A stretch of DNA of 63,946 nt, filler included, from Hyphochytrium catenoides (lineage: Eukaryota; Protista; Hyphochytriomycota): NCBI GenBank assembly GCA_900088475.1. It is 8 parts of 8 records of this genome, joined end to end, with 100 filler letters (N's around TTAATTAATTAA, not from the genome) between each part and the next. Parts side by side here need not be neighbours in the genome. Positions count along the whole stretch, not along the records: positions 18,147 to 48,856 come from FLMG01002985.1; positions 48,957 to 56,670 come from FLMG01004249.1; positions 56,771 to 59,685 come from FLMG01002059.1; positions 59,786 to 61,549 come from FLMG01003468.1; 4 more parts are not named here. One strand, given 5' to 3'. A program made the translations under genes and the position numbers. Shown in pieces: positions 47,003 to 60,773 of the stretch. The stretch's first letter is position 1. Every line of letters starts with the position of its first letter. The notes beneath the pieces are model-generated. The model had not been told where the DNA came from. It saw only the letters and a program-made list of their open reading frames with translations, and did not search any database.

Positions 47003-48322
47003 TCATTTATCGTCTTCTTTCTGATCTGTGTCCTCATTCTCATCTGATGCGTAGGCTACTAAGGTGGCGGTGGAAGAGTTGAGCTTCACCCCTCCTTTTT
47101 TGGCTTTTCCCTCCTTCTTATGCTTTACTTTTTGCTTCTTCACTTTAATCTGGACCTCTGCCTCTTCTTCTTTCGCCTTCGTCTCTGCCACCTTGGGAGG
47201 TAATGGCAGCTGTGGCTCTGGGAGTGCATGGACCGTCCTTTTAGAAGCTTCCATACGGGCTAATTCTATCCAGATGGTCCCATATACCAGCGACAAGGAG
47301 AGAGAGAAAGAGAGAGAGAGAAGTTAGAAGTGACAGCATTGAGACATAACACAAATGGCTTTACAAAGGAAAACAGAGGGAGAGAGAAAGAGAGAGAGAG
47401 ACGATAAGGAGGATGAAACAGAGCTAAGAGAGACAGAAGAGCTGCGGGTTGAACGGGAGCAAGCTCCAAACATACGAAAAGCTTGCAGGTCTTCTTCCTG
47501 CTGCTGCCGCTGGAGCTTCTCTTGTTCCCTTTGCCGTGACTCAAACTCATCCAAAAACTGCACATCTTCATCATCCAGAGCACGCGGTGGCTCTATCGCC
47601 ATGCACCAAGAGCGAGACAGAAAGTTAGTATATAACACGCCTAAGATATGAGAGTGACTAGGAACCAAGCGGAGAGAGAAGCAACCCATAAACGGAAAGG
47701 GGAAGGAGAGGATGAGAGAGAGAGAAACAAGAGAGAGGGAGAGAGAGAGAGAGAAAGAGAGAGAAGGCCGCATGAAATACAAGAGTGGCAGGGAGACCAA
47801 GCGGTGGAAGACCTACGGAATGGGTTGTTCTTCTCTTTCCACTGGTTGTCTTTCTTCTCCTTCTCTTCTTGCAGCTGTTCAAAGAGAGAGCGATGGTTCA
47901 CGGCGGAGGTAAGCTCATACGATATTGCTTTATCTCTCTTCTCTTCTTCCGTGAGCTCGATCGGCTTCTCTTCTGCATCGTTGCCGAACAGCTGCGAAGA
48001 AAAACAGCGCCAAGATGAGAGAAGGAAAGATGCGATGGATTGGTATAAGGTGGAAACCAGCGTCTCTCTAGCTAGAGTGCGTGAAAGGAAGTGGAAACGA
48101 GAAGGACGAAGAGACAAGAAAGAGAGAGAAAGGGAAAGAGAGAGACACACCTAGTGAGAGAGAAGGGTGAAGGTGACGGGGGAGGGAGAGAAGACGAATG
48201 TCTTTCCTTACCCCGTCCTTGGAGATGAGTACGGAGGACTTCACAAAGCCAGAAATCTCCTTCCTAGCCGCCACCTCTTTGAGCGCCTCCGTCTTAAACT
48301 TGCTAAAGACGTCGGAGGACAT
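47003..48322 (-). CDS. PSME3IP1: PSME3-interacting protein / FAM192A (NIP30) homolog, 4 exons
   Basis: Exons 48322-48212, 47991-47817, 47592-47476 and 47265-47003. Reads SGFVKSS, RSLFEQLQEEKEKKD, PPRALDDEDVQFLDE...EEDLQAF and C-terminal LVAYASD. Confidence 0.8.
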
Positions 48323-48856
48323 TGCTCCTTTCCTCCCACTCGCTTTCTCTCTCTCTCTTCCCGTCGCTCTCTCTCCTTCTTCCTGGTTGTTGATCAATTC
48401 TTTATCGTTTCTGCTCCCTCTCTCCCTTCTGTCCTCCTGCAAGAGAGCACCTGTCCACACTCTTTTTCTCTGGTTCTGCTCTTTCTCCTTGCCTTTCTCC
48501 TCCCCTTTTGCCGAGGTCGTGGGCGCTATCCAGAGGAGAGACAGAAGAAGAGAATTCGGCCGTGGGTTATGCGTCAGCTCGAGCAGTCCATGGCCTGGAA
48601 ACAGAGACGCTTGCTTTGAAGTCTCTCTCAGCTGTCTTGTTGATCTTCAGTTGACTTCCTGACTGCTCATAACAGTTCCTGGTCAGTATGGTACCCGCCC
48701 CAGTCGCGGCGGTGATGGGAACCTTGGTGCCATCATAAGCCAAATCTTTTGCAGCTCTCTCCTCTTCTCCTGCCTCTCCATTTCTCTCTCCCTCTCTCTT
48801 TATTTTTATAGAAAATTTAGTGCCTCTCTCAATCCTTTCTCTCTCTCTCTCTCTCT

Positions 48857-48956
48857 NNNNNNNNNNNNNNNNNNNNNNNNNNNNNNNNNNNNNNNNNNNN
48901 TTAATTAATTAANNNNNNNNNNNNNNNNNNNNNNNNNNNNNNNNNNNNNNNNNNNN
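48857..48956. other. artificial contig linker
   Basis: N44-TTAATTAATTAA-N44. Confidence 0.98.
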
Positions 48957-49979
48957 GACCAAGGCAGGATGGAGCGACGTCCCACTGAGCTTCACTTCCA
49001 AGAGATACTGCGGGTCGCAGGGCTCCTGAGGGGAGAAAGAGAGAGAGAGAGAGAGATGGGGGAGAAAGAGAGACAGCGAGATGGTGAGAGGAGATTGAGT
49101 GAGAGAGCGAGAGTGTGTGAGAGAAAAGAGAGAGGATACTCGCAGAGGGGCAGAGAGGAAGAGAGAGAGAACGAGAGAAAGCAACGTATAATAATAGAAA
49201 AGAAAAAAGGAGAGAAAAGAGCGAGGAATTTTAGGCCAATTGGTCAGCTTTGTCTCTTCAAGCTCCTTCTGCTTGCTTCTTATTCTCTTTCCCTCTCTTT
49301 TTCTTTCTGATCACTTCTTTGATTCACTGTTCTCCTCTCCCTTCTCTAGCTCGTTCTTTCTGTGGAGTCTCTGTCTCTCCTAAACGCAGCTTGTGATTCT
49401 CTCTCTTCTCTCTCTTCTCTTTCTTCTCCCTCTGTCTCTCCTATACTCTCTCTCTCTCCATTAGGGAAAGACTACCTGCAGGAGAACAGGACTAACTGGC
49501 ACTTCTTTCTCTTCTCCTCTCACTTGACATCGCAGAAGCTCCAAGATGGCTATTCCGACCTTGACAGCCAGAGGAGGAAAGAAAGAAGCAGAGAGGGAGA
49601 GAAGAAGAAGAGAAAGAAACCTGAGAGAGAGCGAAAGAGAAGAAAAACGAAAGATAGAGACAGACGGGGAAGTTTGAGGGAGAGAGAAAGATGTAGTTGA
49701 AGAAAGGACAACAAGGTAGGGAGAAAATGAGGAAGAAGGGACCACACTGGGAGACAAAGAAGGAAAAGAAAAGAAAGAAAGGCAGACTTCGTGGTGGAAG
49801 AGGAGAAGGGTCTACCCTCTCAGAAAGGAGATTCTCTCTCAGATCCAGACTGTAGACAATCGGGAGAAGTTCCAGGGTGCTCAGTAACGGCAAGACCTAG
49901 AGAGCGGATATGAGAGAGAGAGAAGACAGAGAGAGAGAGAGANNNNNNNNNNNNNNNNNNNNNNNNNGAGAGAGAGAGA

Positions 49980-50011
<32 letters not shown>

Positions 50012-50424
50012 TTGAAGACAAAAAGAAAGGTAGAGAGGGAGACACCCCAGAGAGAGAGACACACATCAGGGAGAGAGAGACACACCAGAGAGAGAGAGAG
50101 ACACACCCCAGAGAGAGAGAGATTGAAAGGGAGGGAAAGGGTTGCAGAACCTGAGCCTCGGCGAGCTGTTGGCGGCGGAGGTTAATGGAAAGCTCTTTGG
50201 TTTTTCCCTGGTCAACCCGCCGCTGGATTTTCTGAGGAGAGAAAGGAGTCAAATTGGAAGAAGAGAAAGAAAAGGAAATAAAGAAACAGGATGGTTTAAG
50301 AAGGGCAGGAAGACCAAATCTACGGCGAGAGAGAGAGAGAGAGAGAAAGAGAAGAGAGAGAGATGAAAGAGAAGAGAGAGAAAAGGGAGAGATGAGAGAG
50401 AGAGAGAAAGAGAACGAAAGAAAG

Positions 50425-50457
<33 letters not shown>

Positions 50458-50635
50458 TGAGAGAGAGAGAAAATCTAGCAAAGGTGCCACACAGCAATGG
50501 CAAGGATAGACTGGAGTGGGGAAGGGAAGACCTTGAGAATCTTCTTGGGAGCCGTCCCGCCAGCCAATCTCAGGTTCTCCATATATTTGTTAAGGAAGCT
50601 GAGGAAGTGTGCGTGAGAGAGAGCCGAAAGCGTGT

Positions 50636-50711
<76 letters not shown>

Positions 50712-51515
50712 AAGAGTGAGAAGAGTTACGGACTAAATAGCAACCTAGGATAGAAGATTTCATGCTAGAGAAGAGATAAGAGAGAGTAGGAAGAAAGAGT
50801 GAGTGTGCGAGCGAGCGAGCGAGCCAGAGAGAGAGAGAGAGAGAAAGAGACATAGAAAGAGAGAAAGAGATAGGCAGGTGCTTAAAAAGATAGCGAAAGA
50901 AAAAGGGAGGAGACTGCTATTGGCCGAGAGAGAAGAGAAAGAGACGACGCGTGTCTCNNNNNNNNNNNNNNNNNNNNNNNNNNNNNNNNNNNNNNNNNNN
51001 NNNNNNNNNNNNNNCTCTTTCTCCTGCCCTGTCACTCTTTCTCTCTTCTTTCTCTCCCTCGTCGTCTTCCGCAGTAGGGATCAGAGTCAGGTCAGATGTT
51101 TCGCCAGAGGAAATAACAGACGAAGAACCATCAAAGAGAGAGAGCAGGAGAGAGAGACGACTCTCTTCTATTTCCCTTTCTACTACGCAGCTCTTCTTGT
51201 CCTCTCTCTCCGCCCTGGCTCCACTTCTGTCTCCCTGATCAGACATGTGACGCTCAAGTTAGAGCGGCCATCGTCTTCTGTCATGTCGTCCCTTGTTTGG
51301 CTGTTCTCTTCTTTCTCTCTCTCTTTGTCTCTTGTCTCTTCCTTTTGCATTGCCCGCCCTCTGCCTCCCTGGTTCCCTCTCTCTCTCTCTGCCCCTCTCT
51401 CTCTCTCTCTTTCTCTCTCCAACTATTCGCATCTGTTCATCCAGTAACGCCTTCTTTAAAGTTCAGGTTAGACGTTTCCGGCTTTTCAAGTACAAAACAA
51501 TGAGAACTGGCACAG

Positions 51516-51582
<67 letters not shown>

Positions 51583-51743
51583 GAGAGACAGAGAGAGGGG
51601 GAGGAGAGAGAGAGACAGAGAGAGACAGAGAGAGAGAGACAGAGAGAGAGAGGAGAGAGAGAGACAGAGAGAGAGACAGAGAGAGAGAGACAGAGAGAGA
51701 GAGAAAGGAGAGACAGAGAGAGAAAGAGGAGAGAGAGAGAAAG

Positions 51744-51790
<47 letters not shown>

Positions 51791-52134
51791 AGACAGACAG
51801 ACAGACAGAGAGTCATTTATAAAGACAACTAGGAGACTGAGAGAGCCAGAGACACAGCGGAAAAAGGGTGAGAATCACGCAACAACTAGAAGAGACAGGA
51901 AGAGCGAGGGAGAGAGAGGGAGAGAGGATGGAAGGAAGAACTAACTCAGAGGGAGAGCCCAACAGGTGATTCTGACCGAACAGAGGAGACAAGAAGAAGA
52001 AGAAGCAGGGAGAGAGACAGCTAATTACCGGAAAGGGGAGATAGAAGAAGAGAGAAAGAACTTTGCCAGCGTCCGCGTCCGTTTCTCTCTCTCTCTCTCG
52101 CTCCCTCTCTCTCGCTCTCGCTCCCTCTCTCTCG

Positions 52135-52175
<41 letters not shown>

Positions 52176-52920
52176 TCTCTCTCTCNNNNNNNNNNNNNNN
52201 NNNNNNNNNNNNNNCCTCCTAGAGTCGCTAACGAGAGAGACGGAGCAGCGGCCTCTTGTTCTCTCTTCTGTCTGCTGGCGGTGAGTCCCGTCAGTCCGCG
52301 GAAGAGCCTTCCGGCTCGGTCCGCTGCCTTGCTATCCTGCTGCTGAGCCCTAGATAGAAGACAATGAGTGGGTTACTCTCACCCAATGCGACGGCCCAGT
52401 CCTCGGTCCTGGTCACACTTACTCTTCACCGCTCTCAAGCCTTGCAGACCTTCTTCTAGGCCTTGGCTCCTCCTCCTCTGAGAATAGGGCGAGAGATGAT
52501 GAGAACCGCCCCTTCCTGGGTCGAGCGCTGCGATTGTTGTCCTCCACTGAGAGTGTGCCTCCATCTTCTCTCTCCTCTTGACCACCCTGAGCTCCACTCT
52601 CCTTGTTCTTCATGGCAGCAGCTCTCGCTGCGGCGGTGATAGACGCAGCTAAAATAAGGTAAGAAATGGTGAATAAGGATCAATCCTCCTGGAAGCGAGA
52701 AGTGGAAGAGAGGAGATTGTTGAGAGATGGACGAGCTGATGAAGACCTTACCCGAGCTACTGTTAGCCAGAGGCGGCAAGAGCTTAGCAGCTGCAGCGTC
52801 TTTCCTGGATCCATTGCCGTATCCCCGCCGCCTTTCACTACGAAGAGGGAAAGAAGGAGAAAACAGAGATAACAGAGTCAAATGAGTTGCCAGGCAGTCC
52901 TGAGCTGCTCTTCATTCATG

Positions 52921-52969
<49 letters not shown>

Positions 52970-53308
52970 GACAGACACACCTACATATCTCTCGTCTTCT
53001 CGCTCTCTGACTATCAGTACGTCATCTGTTCTCACCTCCTGCCTCTTCTCTCCATTGACGCTGCCTTCGACATCGGTTCCTTAGCACTTTTTTGGGCTGC
53101 TGCGTGGTTACGTGACGGTGTCGTCCTTAGGTTAGGAAGAAGAGCAGGAACCGGCGGAGCAGCGTTTCCTGTTGGCTGCTCGTTGTCTTCCGCCCTATCT
53201 GCTCAGTAGAGACACGAAAGGCGAGAGAAGTGATAAGGGAAGAACCTTCATTGAAGGCGGGCAAGCAAGAGATAGCGGCAAAGCATATCAACGGCACCAA
53301 GATCCAAG

Positions 53309-53352
<44 letters not shown>

Positions 53353-54668
53353 TAGGAAGCACCCTGAGAGGTAGCAGAAGGAAGAGCCGTCCTGACCTCT
53401 CAACATTGAGCCAGCATCAGGAGTATCTGAAGACTTCCTTTTTAGCAGGCCCGTGGATTGCCACAGCCTCCTTGTCCGGTCTGTCTGTGCCTCCGATCGT
53501 AACCTTCTTCAGGAAAGAGATGCAAATGTGGGTGCGGAGTGCTAGACAGACCAGGCATCTCTCCTCCTCTTTCTCGCAATCTATTTCCTTTTCCTCTTCT
53601 CTCTCTCCTCCCTTCTTTCCCTATAGTCATCTCTCTTGTTGCCCTCTTGTCCTCTTCTGTCGGCTACTCCGTCCTTCTTTCCCTTCTTCTCCGGATATGT
53701 TTTCTTCTCTCCTTTTCTCTCTTTGGCCTCCACCATTTTTCCCTTGCCCCGAAACAATAAGACCCTCAACTCACTCCACGCGTTCTCTCCGATGATCGTC
53801 CTGCTTCACAGGCTCCTCAGCCGAAGAGGAGGTAGACAGCCGTTGGTGCCTCTCTTTCGCCTGGCACAACGCTGAGGAGGATGAGACTGAACCAGCTCTG
53901 GAGACGTCGGAGCCACCACCACGCTCATCTGTCTCTTGTCCCTCGGCTGCTCTGACAGTAGAAGAAATCGCACCTGGCATTCGGAGAAAGAGAAGAAGCC
54001 AGCGAGAAAGAGAGCAGCTTAGCTTAACATCTGATGAACGGGAAGACAGAGAGAAAGAGAGAGGGAGAGAGAGAGAGGAGGAGAAGAAGAAGAGAGTGTG
54101 ATGAAAGTTAAGCTTCTCACCTCGAGCCTTGGAAGGAGCTCTGAGCTCCGGTCTTTCGCTTGGTCTTCTGATGCAGAGTCCACTGGATCTTAGCAGTCTG
54201 CTGACTCGACGCCGGGCCGCTTCATCCTCCTCCGCGTCCTGTGCGAGCCTGAGAAGAGAGGCACAGCTGTTAGTGAGTGAGAGAGAAGAGGATTGGCACA
54301 TCCTCTGACGGCTTTCTTTGGAGCTCAACATCCTTCCTCAGCCCAATCGAGTGTGCCTGATGCTTACTCTCTCTCTCTCTCTCTCTCTCTCCCGCTCTCT
54401 CTCTGTCCATTTCGACCTCCCTGGCATCAATCTATGTACTCACTGCTTTTCCCTGGCGCTGCTAGATCAAGGCCTGGAGTTGATCATTGGACTGAGCGGC
54501 TGACGACTCGGCCACAGTGGCACGACCGCCAGGGTTCCCTTTCTTTCTCTTCTCCTTCTCCTTGGCAGCGGTCTCTGCTAAATCGAGACCTATTCCCAAG
54601 GCCAGCGGACAAGTTAGACAACAGGAACATTATAGGGTGGCTTCTAAGTCAGAAACTGTCAACAAGGG

Positions 54669-54705
<37 letters not shown>

Positions 54706-54905
54706 GGTGACAAAAGAGCTGGAGATCTGACCTTGGAAGGAGAGAGGAGGAAGAGCAGGAGAGTCATCATCTGCTGCCTTGCCCTGGAACAGTCCACTAG
54801 ACCGCCACAGCCTTCTCGCGCGGTCCTGAGCCTCCTTCTGTGTACTGCCGTGACCAAGAGATAAGTTTGTCAGTAGCAGCGTTAACTGGGCTACCTTGTC
54901 TGACT

Positions 54906-54944
<39 letters not shown>

Positions 54945-55234
54945 TTGCGCCAGGGCGTTATCTCTCCTTGCCCTTCCGCTGTTTCCACCCTCATGACCGT
55001 CGGTCCGATTGCCAACAGACCTAGAGCTTGCGAGCTTCTGCTTCTCCGTCCTTTCTGAGGACTGCACCACCGCTGCTTTTGGCAGTGCCACTGCTGGCTT
55101 TCTCTTTATGTTCATACGAGGAGGAGGAAGGACAGGGAAAAGGCCTCCGGCAGTAGGGCGAGGAACGTCCAGCACTCCCTTGTTGCTCTCCTCTTGGGAG
55201 ACAGAACGAGAATGCGCAAGGAGGTCAGACAGAG

Positions 55235-55273
<39 letters not shown>

Positions 55274-55500
55274 GCTAGCGGAGCGAAGAGATGCGGAAAG
55301 AAACGAGGAGACGAAAGAGAGGGAAGAAAGAGAGAGGAAGAAGGTAAAGAGAGATAGCAGAGTGGTGGAAGACTGACCTTGGGATGGAGGAGAAGTGGAG
55401 GCGGAGGCAGTTCGAGTCTGGATCCTCTTGCTGCTGAGCCCGCTGGCTCCCCAGAGCCTCCTGGCGCGGTTCTGGATCTGCTCCCGCTCCCTACAATCTC
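48957..55500 (-). CDS. probable multi-exon gene with small exons in microsatellite-rich introns; includes LRR-like segments; model not resolved
   Basis: Short complex islands bounded by plausible splice sites, e.g. PLLSTLELLPIVYSLDLRENLLSE (about 49815-49895), KELSINLRRQQLAEAQ (about 50150-50230) and FLNKYMENLRL (about 50530-50600). Internal N gaps prevent assembly. Confidence 0.4.
51515..51812. repeat. long (GA)n/(GACA)n microsatellite
   Basis: About 300 bp of almost pure GA repeats. Confidence 0.97.
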
Positions 55501-55973
55501 TTTGCTTAGTAGACCTCTTTCTCTTTTCCTCTCTCTTCCTCTCTCTCTTTATATATATATATATACATCGCTCACTCTCTCTCTCTCTCTTTCTGTCGCT
55601 CTCCATGTTCGCTTTGGCCGGTGGATGCTCGTCTTACCGTGCATCGTCACTTTGAGCGTCAGCTCTGGGAGGTGCTCCGTGGTCCATCCCTTCTTGGCTG
55701 TCCGCCATCCCTACAATCTCAGGCTTCATGGGCTCGTTCACGCGGCTGATCAGAGAGAGAGGACAAGAGAAACGGAGTTATAGGGAGACAGAGGTGGAAG
55801 AGAGAAGGAGTTAGAAAGGACAAAGGATAATGACTAGACAGGCGATTTCGAGATTCCGCCTGCATATATCGCGATACGCTTCTGATAGACACGTGTCTCT
55901 CTTCTCTTTCCTCTACCTTCTCTCTNNNNNNNNNNNNNNNNNNNNNNNNNNNNNNNNNNNNNNNNNNNNNNNN

Positions 55974-56006
<33 letters not shown>

Positions 56007-56670
56007 CTCTCCCCCTCTCTCTGTCTCCGTTGTGCTCTCATCCTCTGACTCTAATCTTGACCAACCTGCTGAGGAGAGAGGGCTCACTCTTCCTCTGCAC
56101 GGCCAGTCGAGAAACTCTCGCGCTACCGCGAGGACAGCGGTCTACCGCAGAGGGACAGACGGTACATAAGAAGAGAAAGTGACAGGAAATGCCTGAGAAG
56201 AAGAGAGAAGAACTGACGATAAAGGAGTTGAGAAACAGGGGAGCAAAGCAGAGAGGGAGAGACTTACAAGAGGAAGGAGGAGGCCAACAAAAAGATACTT
56301 TAGAGAGAGAGACAGAGAGAGACCCCACAGACCAAAAACTAGGGAGAGAGAGAAGGGCCAGACGATCTCATCGTTGAAGCTTATGCTCAGGAGTTACCTG
56401 CAAAAAGACCAGCCACCGGCAGAAGAGAAACAACGGAAAAGGAGCTCTCCAAGTCTTTCTCTCCCTCTGGTCTGCTGACATTCTCCTCCTGTCCAGCCAG
56501 TTCCGTGAGGACACCAGCACTGCGGCAGCGGGAGGGAGGCGAGGGATGAGACAGAGGAGAGAAATTATGATGCGCCTGACAAAAAGCTCAGGGAAGGAAG
56601 GAAAGGGAAGGACTTTACTCCTAACTTCCGCTTGTGATGCCCTCATTCAACTCTCTCTCTCTCTCTCTCT

Positions 56671-56770
56671 NNNNNNNNNNNNNNNNNNNNNNNNNNNNNN
56701 NNNNNNNNNNNNNNTTAATTAATTAANNNNNNNNNNNNNNNNNNNNNNNNNNNNNNNNNNNNNNNNNNNN
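56671..56770. other. artificial contig linker
   Basis: N44-TTAATTAATTAA-N44. Confidence 0.98.
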
Positions 56771-56845
56771 AAAAAAAGAGAAAGGAACAGAGAAAGAAAT
56801 AGAGAGGTAATGGGAGAAGAGAGCTGAAGAGAAACGAGAGTAGGT

Positions 56846-56888
<43 letters not shown>

Positions 56889-56927
56889 CTGAGAAGGGGA
56901 TCAGGGCGGAGCAGAAATGAGGGGGGA

Positions 56928-56960
<33 letters not shown>

Positions 56961-59339
56961 CAGATGAGCATAAGGAGCAACAGACAGACTACATACAAAG
57001 GAAGGAACAGGGGCAGAAGAGGTGGAAGAACGGAAGATAGAGGCAGAGAGACAGAGCATACAAAAGGAGAGAAGAGTGAGAGAGAGAGAGAGAGCGTAGC
57101 AGGAAGAGAGAGAGAAGGAAGGGAAGCCACAATCGTAGATGATGGGAGCTAGGAGAGAAAGTCTGGAGCGGAGAAAAAGTGTGGGCGAGAAAGAGGAGAT
57201 GACGATATCTTCTCTTGTTGAGGAGAAAATTAAACACTCTCCCGGACTTTTTTTTCAAGGATTGAAGAGATTCTGACTTCTCTCTTGTTAGGGTCTCGAT
57301 CTGTCCTCCCTTGGCCCGACGACTTCATCGACAGGACAGACTTCTTTTCGCCTCCCTGGCATCAGCTTACAGCAAATCTCGGCGCCCTTCTTCTGCCAGA
57401 ACGGGCTCTGATCCTCATTTCTTCTGTCTCTCACCTTACCACCTGATGAGGTCTATCTACTCTGCTTATTGTCAATCTCCCTTAAGTTCTCAGCAGCCTC
57501 TGAGGCTACAAAGTCAGTCACATAATGTGATGGCTCTGTCCCAAACACACGAGGCTACTGACGGAGCATCTTCTATTGTACGGATCGATTAGTAGTCTAG
57601 TTAAATCATGAAGGCGTCAGAGACAACGCTGACCAATTTCGCAGCACCTGTTGGTCTTTAGACTCTCCTTCGTCTAGAGTTTAGTCCATTTCTTATCCTC
57701 ATGCCAAGCCGCATAGCTCCGTGCCGTCCATTTATTTGTTTCCCCTGACGAGAATGGAGTCAAGTATAAAGAAGGAGGAAACAACAGGTTTGAGATGGGT
57801 TTCTGCCAAAGGCGTTAGCAAAAGAAGAAGCTTGTGGCCTTGTGTTCCAAGTGAGTCGTCTAACGCTATATTGACTCCCGGCATTTGTTTCCCCTAGAGT
57901 CTGCTGCTCTTTACAGTGTCGACGGCAGCAGGCAGGACGAAACGCGTCAGAAGATGGTAATCAAACAGAATAGAGAGAATGTACATTCATCAGAGATTTT
58001 TGAGGGGCAGGTTAGAAGAGGAGAGACAACAGGAACGCGGGCGGAAGGCTACCCGTGACAGCCTTATTGAGGCTGCTTCTTAGACGGGAAGAGGGAGAAT
58101 GCAAAAGATGTAATGGGCTTCAGGGCTGATGCGGTGGTGCTTCCGAAAGGGATAAGTGAACCAGTTTTGAAGAAAACTCTGATGGCTGAGCTACGCTTTT
58201 CTTATGTGTGCTGCTGCACAGTAGCTCCATCTCTATGGAAACTAGACTAGCCGGACATCCTGCAATAGAGTACTTCGCAGCAGAGAGCGTAGAAAGCAAG
58301 CAACAAGAAGCCTAAGAAGAAGAAGAGGTGGACCTCGATAACAATACGTACGAGGTCAGAGGGAAGAAAAGAAGGAGGAAGAAGAGGGGAGGACGGACAT
58401 AAATTGGCTGGAACGCCGCCGGACTTAGAACCACCGCAGCACCAGAAGTTCGCCCTTCTGAAAGGAACTGCTTCATCTCGCCTTATTGCTCCTAAGTAAC
58501 CGCCACCCGTTACTGCCCGGACCACCAATAAGAGATAGCAGGCTAAAGGAAAGGAGCGAGGAGTTGAATGCGGCCCTTTAGTGACCAGAAACATCACTAG
58601 ATTTGTGTCTCTTCTCTTCATTTCCCCTCAGTCCCATCTTGCTAAGTCATCTTCTTTTCTCGCCGCCCTCACCAGTTCTTCATCTTTCTTCTCTTCTCTA
58701 TGGTTCTCTCTCCTCTCTGATACTGTCTCACACGCTCCTGCTTCTCTCATTTGTCTCGCACTTCTCTCCCTCTTCCTCTCTCTCCTCTCTCTCTCTCCCT
58801 CCTAACCCTAACGCTAAGCAGGCATAGGAGCCTGGTTGCAAGCACTACCTATGATTGTTGGCAAGCCTTTTGATGCTTGCACAGCAGCCCTTTTGTCGGC
58901 GTCTGCACTCCTCTTCTTTTTCTTGTTTCTCTCTCTCTCTCTTACTCTCTCTCTTCCTCTCCCTCTTTTTCTCCGTCTCGCCTTTTCATTATCTCTTTTC
59001 TCTCTTCTACTCTTGATATACACCTCCATCTAAGGCGGCCAAACTGGAAGGAAATCTATAGCCAAGCGTCCGTCCAGGCTCTTGGCCTGACCCTGGACCA
59101 GATTGGTGCTTTGTAAGGAGGGAGCACTGGTCCTAGGCATAGGGGTTGAACGGAAGCGGCAGGGTCCATAAGATCTCGTCCTACGTGTTCTTTAACTTAT
59201 TCTTTACTGAAGTATGCAACGGTTCACTTCGTTGAGCCGAGACTGACGGTGGTAAGGACGGGCTGCTCAATAGTTTCGCCTTGGACATCATTATTGGAGA
59301 GAGATCAAATGCTAACATACGATGAAGAGACCATATGGT

Positions 59340-59570
59340 AGAAAGCTCGATCACATGTCTTCTCCGATAACGATGCCGTCGAAATTAGGAGCGAAGTTGG
59401 CCTGGTCTAAGGAATTGGGAGAAAAAATCCTCGCTGCACTTAAAACCCGCTCTGCATCTGTAGCGTGCAAAACTGCCACCACTATCAACCGTGCCAAGGG
59501 CGAAGGAGTCCAAACGGTCACTAGGACTGACGCAGATAGACGGTTTTCCAATATTCCAACCCAACAAGAA
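59340..59570 (-). mobile_element. possible decayed hAT transposase C-terminal dimerisation domain
   Basis: Across a frameshift the minus strand reads LEYWKT ... LARLIVVAVLHATDAERVLSAARIF, resembling the hAT L.WW....LA.LA...L.....SA..ER.FS pattern. Confidence 0.35.
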
Positions 59571-59685
59571 GGGAGTGCCTCTCCCGTTTAGTAAGTGATG
59601 ATCCTACTAAGCGCTCTCGTTGACACGCCATCCGCGGCTAGGCTCTCCAGCGGAACAAAGTTCATCCCTTGTTGTCTACAGCCGG

Positions 59686-59785
59686 NNNNNNNNNNNNNNN
59701 NNNNNNNNNNNNNNNNNNNNNNNNNNNNNTTAATTAATTAANNNNNNNNNNNNNNNNNNNNNNNNNNNNNNNNNNNNNNNNNNNN
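59686..59785. other. artificial contig linker
   Basis: N44-TTAATTAATTAA-N44. Confidence 0.98.
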
Positions 59786-60233
59786 AGAGAGAGAGAGAAG
59801 GAAGTACATAACGTTATTAAAAGGCGGTAGAGGAGGCCCAAGTGCACACACCAATAGACAAGAAGTGCGAAGAATAGAAATTTTATGAGGGCTCTCTCTC
59901 TCTCTCTCTCTCCCCCTCTCTCTCCCTCTTTTTTTGTCTGCTTTCCCGCTGCTCATAAACTCCGTATCTATGTCAATGACTCTCCCAGGATCGGCTGTTC
60001 CCAGATCTCGCATTTCTCTCTCTTTCTTACTTGTTTACTTTGCCGGAGAGAGAGGTTGTCTCCTCTCCTGACAGAAGTTCTCTTCCATTCTCTCCTAGTC
60101 CGGCTAAGAGGTCGGACGGGGAGAGCGATAGAGTGGGCGGGGCCGAGAGAGAAAAAATTACAGAGCGAAAGAGAGGAAAAAAACGGAGAGAGCAGATTCG
60201 GGAGCATGAGAGAGAGAAAACGAGAGAGAAAAC

Positions 60234-60265
<32 letters not shown>

Positions 60266-60739
60266 AGGAGCGTGAGTATGAGTTAAGATATCTTTTTCTA
60301 TTCCTAGAGAACATGGAGAAGGGGGGAGAAGAGCAAACACGGGCCAACAAAGAAGAAAAGAGAGGTGGATAATGCTAGAACGAAGCAATGACGGGGAGCA
60401 AGAGAGAAGAGAAAGAGGATCAAGAGAGAGAGAGAGCGAGAGAGAGAGAGAAAAAGACGTGAGGAGGTTGAAAGGGAAAGAATGGGACGAAAGAGAGAAC
60501 GTCCCAGATAAAAGAGGCAGAGAGAGTGTTAAGCTTGCCTCCCGTGCTATTACCTGAATGGGCATGGTAGGGAGAGGAGGGAGAGAGAGAAGAAGAGGCT
60601 GGAGAGAGAAATTTTCGATGCAGAATGATCTCTTCTATGGATCGCTCGACAGGAGAAGGGCGAGAGAGACGCTGAGGAGCCGAGGGGCGGATGATCTTCT
60701 TCAAAGCACCGGAACTGAGGGAAGCTGTGGGATGGAAAG

Positions 60740-60773
<34 letters not shown>

